Position numbers and translations under genes: made by a program. Positions 17,621-21,042 of a DNA stretch of 21,042 nt are shown one piece after another (position 1 is the stretch's first letter; the number at the start of each line of letters is the position of its first letter). The notes below the pieces were generated by a model, which was not told the DNA's origin, did no database searches, and saw only the letters and a list, made by a program, of their open reading frames with translations. The stretch comes from a bacterium (GTDB taxonomy: Bacteria > Oederibacteriota > PGYV01 > Palsa-1178): contig JBAXIL010000030.1 of NCBI GenBank assembly GCA_037138355.1, forward strand, positions 1-21,042, read 5' to 3'.

Positions 17621-18754
17621 TTATATTTTTTTATAAAAATCTAAAATTTTAGAAGTTATAAACAAGCATTCTTCTTTCTTTAATCCAAAAAACATAGGTA
17701 GTCGAATTATTTTCTCACTTGCTTTGGTTGTAAAAACATCCTCTCCCGAAAAATATCCAAACTTTTTACCAGCAGGCGAAGAATGTAAAGGTATATAGTG
17801 GAAGATTGCCATTATGCCACTGTCTTTTAAATATTCAATTAGTTTTGTTCTTTGCGTCAAGTTAGCTGTTTTAATATAAAACATATGGGCATTGTGCTCG
17901 CAATGTTTAGGAATAAAAGGTAAGCCTATAACCCCTCTATCCTCTAATGGTTTTAAAGCATTATAATATGTATTCCATGTATTTAACCTGTCATTATTTA
18001 TTTCTTCCGCTTTTTCAAGCTGTGCCCAAAGAAAAGCGGCATTTATTTCAGAAGGCAAATATGACGAACCTATATCAACCCATGTGTATTTGTCAACCTC
18101 TCCGCGAAAAAACTTATTTCTATTCGTCCCTTTTTCCCAGATAATCTCTGCTCTTTCTACATGTTCAGGATCTCTTATTATTATTGCTCCACCTTCACCA
18201 CAAGTATAATTTTTTGTTTCATGAAAACTATAACAACCAAAATCAGAAAGCGTACCTAAATACTTACCTTTATATTTACACATAACGCCCTGTGCCGCAT
18301 CTTCAACAACAAATAATTTGTGTTTTAAAGCAATTTCATTAATCAAATCCATTTCACAAGCAACACCCGCATAATGGACTGGAACAATGGCTTTAGTTTT
18401 AGGAGTAATAGCTCGTTCTACCAGCTGTTCATCCATATTCATAGTATCTTCGCGTATATCTATAAAAACAGCTTTAGCTCCTCGGAGAATAAAAGAATTT
18501 GCAGTAGAAGTAAAAGTATATGAAGGCATAATGACTTCGTCCCCAGGTTTAATTTCCGATAAAAGCGCTGCGATTTCAAGGGCATGAGTACAAGATGTCG
18601 TCAACATAGCTTTAGGCGCATGAAAAGTTGTTTCAAAAAAAGAAGTGCATTTTTTAGAGAACTCTCCATTGCCACTTATCTTATTATTTGAAACAGCCTT
18701 ATTAATATAATCAATTTCCGGACCCAAGAACGCAGGTTTATTAAATGGTATCAT
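17621..18754 (-). CDS. wecE: dTDP-4-amino-4,6-dideoxygalactose transaminase
   Basis: MIPFNKP, LTTSCTHALE, VHYAGVACEMD, EDAAQG, SFHETKN (PLP Lys), EKGTNR..FFRGEVDKYTWVDIGSSYLPSE, FHYIPLH, all diagnostic of RffA/WecE. Confidence 0.96.
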   Translation of the reverse strand: MIPFNKPAFLGPEIDYINKAVSNNKISGNGEFSKKCTSFFETTFHAPKAMLTTSCTHALEIAALLSEIKPGDEVIMPSYTFTSTANSFILRGAKAVFIDIREDTMNMDEQLVERAITPKTKAIVPVHYAGVACEMDLINEIALKHKLFVVEDAAQGVMCKYKGKYLGTLSDFGCYSFHETKNYTCGEGGAIIIRDPEHVERAEIIWEKGTNRNKFFRGEVDKYTWVDIGSSYLPSEINAAFLWAQLEKAEEINNDRLNTWNTYYNALKPLEDRGVIGLPFIPKHCEHNAHMFYIKTANLTQRTKLIEYLKDSGIMAIFHYIPLHSSPAGKKFGYFSGEDVFTTKASEKIIRLPMFFGLKKEECLFITSKILDFYKKI

Positions 18755-18873
18755 TTTCCCACCATAATATGACTAATAAAACACAATGTATCAACACCAA
18801 AACAAGACAAGTAACAAGTATTTACTGTCAAAATGCTCTCCTATTAGTCATTAATAGAATATTTGATTGTTAT

Positions 18874-18902
18874 ATTATATAACGCAGTGCATTATTAATC
18901 AA
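18874..18902 (-). promoter_or_regulatory. Putative sigma70 promoter for the wecE operon
   Basis: TTGATT (18902-18897), 17-bp spacer, TATAAT (18879-18874). Implies a leader of about 110 nt. Confidence 0.62.
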
Positions 18903-19056
18903 TATATTTTTAATATAAGCCAAAGCAATATAAATCAAGCAATAAAGGGATAAATAGAGGACTTCAAGGTGTATTTCTATCACAAGAGGTAAAATCTAAT
19001 GGCCATTAGTTATTTTATAGGACAGTTTACTCAAATCATAAACAATGGCGATACTA

Positions 19057-20106
19057 TTAGTTTAGTAGGGGCTTTAAATCTATCATCAACTTATCAACAA
19101 ACTTTTGTCTCGACACTGGACCTAAGTGCGCGGTGTCAGGATAATCATACTCCGAACCATTCACACCTGTTATATAATCTATGACTGGAACTTTATTATT
19201 TTTAGCGATTTGATTTACTCTTGAAGAAAATCTATTTAGATTCCCTATTCCCAGTACTTTTCTTAGTTCAACACTCGTTGGCATTTTAACAATTATTACC
19301 TTTAGTCCCCGCTTTTGACAACCTTTGATAATTTTCACAAGAGAATCCGATTGATAATCAGACAGCGCATACTGATAGAAGTGCTGAGTTACATATTTGG
19401 AAAGTTGTGAGGCAGAACTATTGTCCCCACGAGATATATCAGAAGAAAAGATATTCTTTACTTTTTCTGAATAAGTAGAGAAAGGAAAAACAAAATATCC
19501 TAAAAAGTCAGCCACATAGTTAAATTGCATATATGGTATAAGTTCAGTGAACAATTCTTTCCAACCAAAAAACGAATAAATTGCCCCTGTGAAAAAACGG
19601 CCATTTCTATTTAACTCCATAGGCGTTATCATCACAAGTAATGTTCCATTGCTGTTTATACATTTATAATCTGCCTTTTCAAGTAATAAACGAAACGATC
19701 TCGGGAAACCGCCCATAAGATAAATCATATTAAACTTTTTGCCTGGTGCTATTTCATTAAGACGGGATTCAAACGAAGGTTTAATTTCTTCGGCTGTAAT
19801 AGCCAAAGCAGCTTCTGAGTTAGTAAGCATCGTTATGTCCCCACTTACAGTTTTTGCCTGTTCCAATTTTGCCTTATTCAAATCAATTGTATATTTTTCA
19901 TCTTGGTTAGGTGGCATTGCTCCATTTAATGTAAAAATAATATATGTCACAACCGCAACTGCGGCAAACACTGATAAAAAGTACATAAATCGCATAAATA
20001 AATCTTTTTTGTAATCATAAGTATTTTTATTAACTTTTCTATTAATTGGGTTCTTCTCTATCAATCTGTTTTTGATCGCTTTTGTTTTAACAATTTTTTT
20101 TGCCAT
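19057..20106 (-). CDS. Membrane-anchored SGNH/GDSL-like protein (DUF1574/AlgJ/DltD-type MBOAT partner)
   Basis: N-terminal TM helix, TNS putative nucleophile segment, VIIVKMP, C-terminal DTAHL (DxxH). Lies directly downstream of the MBOAT gene. Confidence 0.7.
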   Translation of the reverse strand: MAKKIVKTKAIKNRLIEKNPINRKVNKNTYDYKKDLFMRFMYFLSVFAAVAVVTYIIFTLNGAMPPNQDEKYTIDLNKAKLEQAKTVSGDITMLTNSEAALAITAEEIKPSFESRLNEIAPGKKFNMIYLMGGFPRSFRLLLEKADYKCINSNGTLLVMITPMELNRNGRFFTGAIYSFFGWKELFTELIPYMQFNYVADFLGYFVFPFSTYSEKVKNIFSSDISRGDNSSASQLSKYVTQHFYQYALSDYQSDSLVKIIKGCQKRGLKVIIVKMPTSVELRKVLGIGNLNRFSSRVNQIAKNNKVPVIDYITGVNGSEYDYPDTAHLGPVSRQKFVDKLMIDLKPLLN

Positions 20107-20129
20107 AAATCAATGCTCCTAAGTAATAC

Positions 20130-21042
20130 TTAAAATTGGAAATATATAAACGAATGTCCACTGTAAGAACCAAGAACAACCATCAATAACATACAGACAA
20201 AATAAAACGCCCATTTTATTACTGGTTTGGTCTTATATATAGCAAGTAAGTCGTCTGAAAAATACTGATATACTTCAACAAAAATAAGAACCCAAATATA
20301 TACAACTAATTCATTCACAACGGAAATATTTATATCTCCAAAATCAGTTACTATCTTTCCTATCATTGAAAAAGCAGTAGTTAAGTTTCCTGCCCTAAAA
20401 AATATCCATCCCAAACAGACCAAATTAAACATAACAACAACAGACAATACCGAGAACATATTCTTAACTAACTGATTAGTATTTAAAAATAGCTTCTGCA
20501 GATATGGCTGTATTAATCTATGTCCAGCAAGCAATATGCCGTGGTACATTCCCCATAGCACAAATGTCCAAGCAGCCCCATGCCATAGACCTCCAAGCAA
20601 CATAGTTATAATAAGATTTCTATATGTAAATATATTTCCAAATCTATTGCCGCCAAGTGGTATATAAAGATAATCTCTCAACCATGTAGACAGTGATATG
20701 TGCCAGCGTTTCCAAAACTCTGAAGGATTCTTTGAAAAATATGGCAGGTTAAAGTTCCAGATAAGGTCAAATCCCATGGTCTTTCCAAGCCCACGCGCAA
20801 TATCTGAATAGCCAGAAAAATCACAATAAATTTGAATGGCAAAAGCATATACTCCTATTAGAATATCTGCCCCAGACATAGACTGATATTGAGAAAAGGC
20901 GGTTTTGGCAATACTAGCAACATTATCAGCAATAAATAGTTTTTTGAAAAAGCCCCAAAACATAAGGTAGCAACCTTCATAAAATAGTGGCCAAGAAAAT
21001 ACTCTTTTATTTAGAATCTGAGGCAATAATAATTTTGCCCTC
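20130..21042 (-). CDS. MBOAT family O-acyltransferase (AlgI/PatA-like), 5' end outside the window
   Basis: GFFKKLFIAD, QIYCDFSGYSDIARG, NFNLPY, EFWKRWHISLSTWLRDYLYIPLGGNR, GLWHGAAWTFVLWG, terminal FIYFQF. The frame is open to the window edge (RAKLLLPQI). Confidence 0.96.
   Translation of the reverse strand, partial: RAKLLLPQILNKRVFSWPLFYEGCYLMFWGFFKKLFIADNVASIAKTAFSQYQSMSGADILIGVYAFAIQIYCDFSGYSDIARGLGKTMGFDLIWNFNLPYFSKNPSEFWKRWHISLSTWLRDYLYIPLGGNRFGNIFTYRNLIITMLLGGLWHGAAWTFVLWGMYHGILLAGHRLIQPYLQKLFLNTNQLVKNMFSVLSVVVMFNLVCLGWIFFRAGNLTTAFSMIGKIVTDFGDINISVVNELVVYIWVLIFVEVYQYFSDDLLAIYKTKPVIKWAFYFVCMLLMVVLGSYSGHSFIYFQF

Noticed and set aside
15875..18754. Enterobacterial common antigen (wec) operon
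   Set aside because: Only wecE and a wecD-like gene are present. There is no wecA, wecB, wecC, wecF, wecG, wzxE or wzyE in the window, and the neighbours indicate a single-sugar lipid-donor route.
18751..18831. Cys-containing uORF as a RiPP precursor for the radical SAM enzyme
   Set aside because: It is about 7.4 kb away in another predicted transcription unit, no RRE, peptidase or transporter is seen, and the context favours sugar chemistry.
18826..18831. TTGACA on the minus strand as the -35 of wecE
   Set aside because: There is no acceptable -10 hexamer at 16-18 bp spacing.
479..20014. Numerous short plus-strand ORFs (60-132 aa) and the nested minus-strand ORFs in the track
   Set aside because: Nearly all are antisense or out-of-frame shadows of well-supported genes, with no recognisable motifs. 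The few reaching into intergenic DNA (e.g. 4273..4464) overlap promoters and look non-coding.

Overview
AT-rich bacterial window (roughly one-third GC by eye) in which every credible gene lies on the minus strand. In transcription order (right to left): MBOAT O-acyltransferase (partial) and SGNH-like partner; wecE/rffA aminotransferase; a WecD-like GNAT broken by one in-frame TAA; GT2 polyprenyl-phosphate glycosyltransferase; SAM methyltransferase; ArnT/PMT-like GT-C membrane glycosyltransferase with PA14-like tail; a second methyltransferase; radical SAM/SPASM(Twitch) protein; a second, larger GT-C with PA14-like domains; two tandem membrane-anchored NHL beta-propellers; a secreted CBM-like/FN3/Thr-Pro-linker protein with a T9SS/FlgD-like C-terminal domain; a PorV/PorQ-family barrel fused to FN3; a degenerate MoxR-like AAA+ pseudo-ATPase; and lsrF (partial). 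Together this looks like a cell-surface glycosylation locus using a lipid-linked amino sugar, adjacent to a T9SS-like cargo/PorV pair. The protein style suggests a diderm candidate phylum such as Goldbacteria/Firestonebacteria or Elusimicrobia relatives (inference only). No RNA genes, CRISPR arrays or mobile elements were seen. All family calls come from motif recognition by eye, not database searches.
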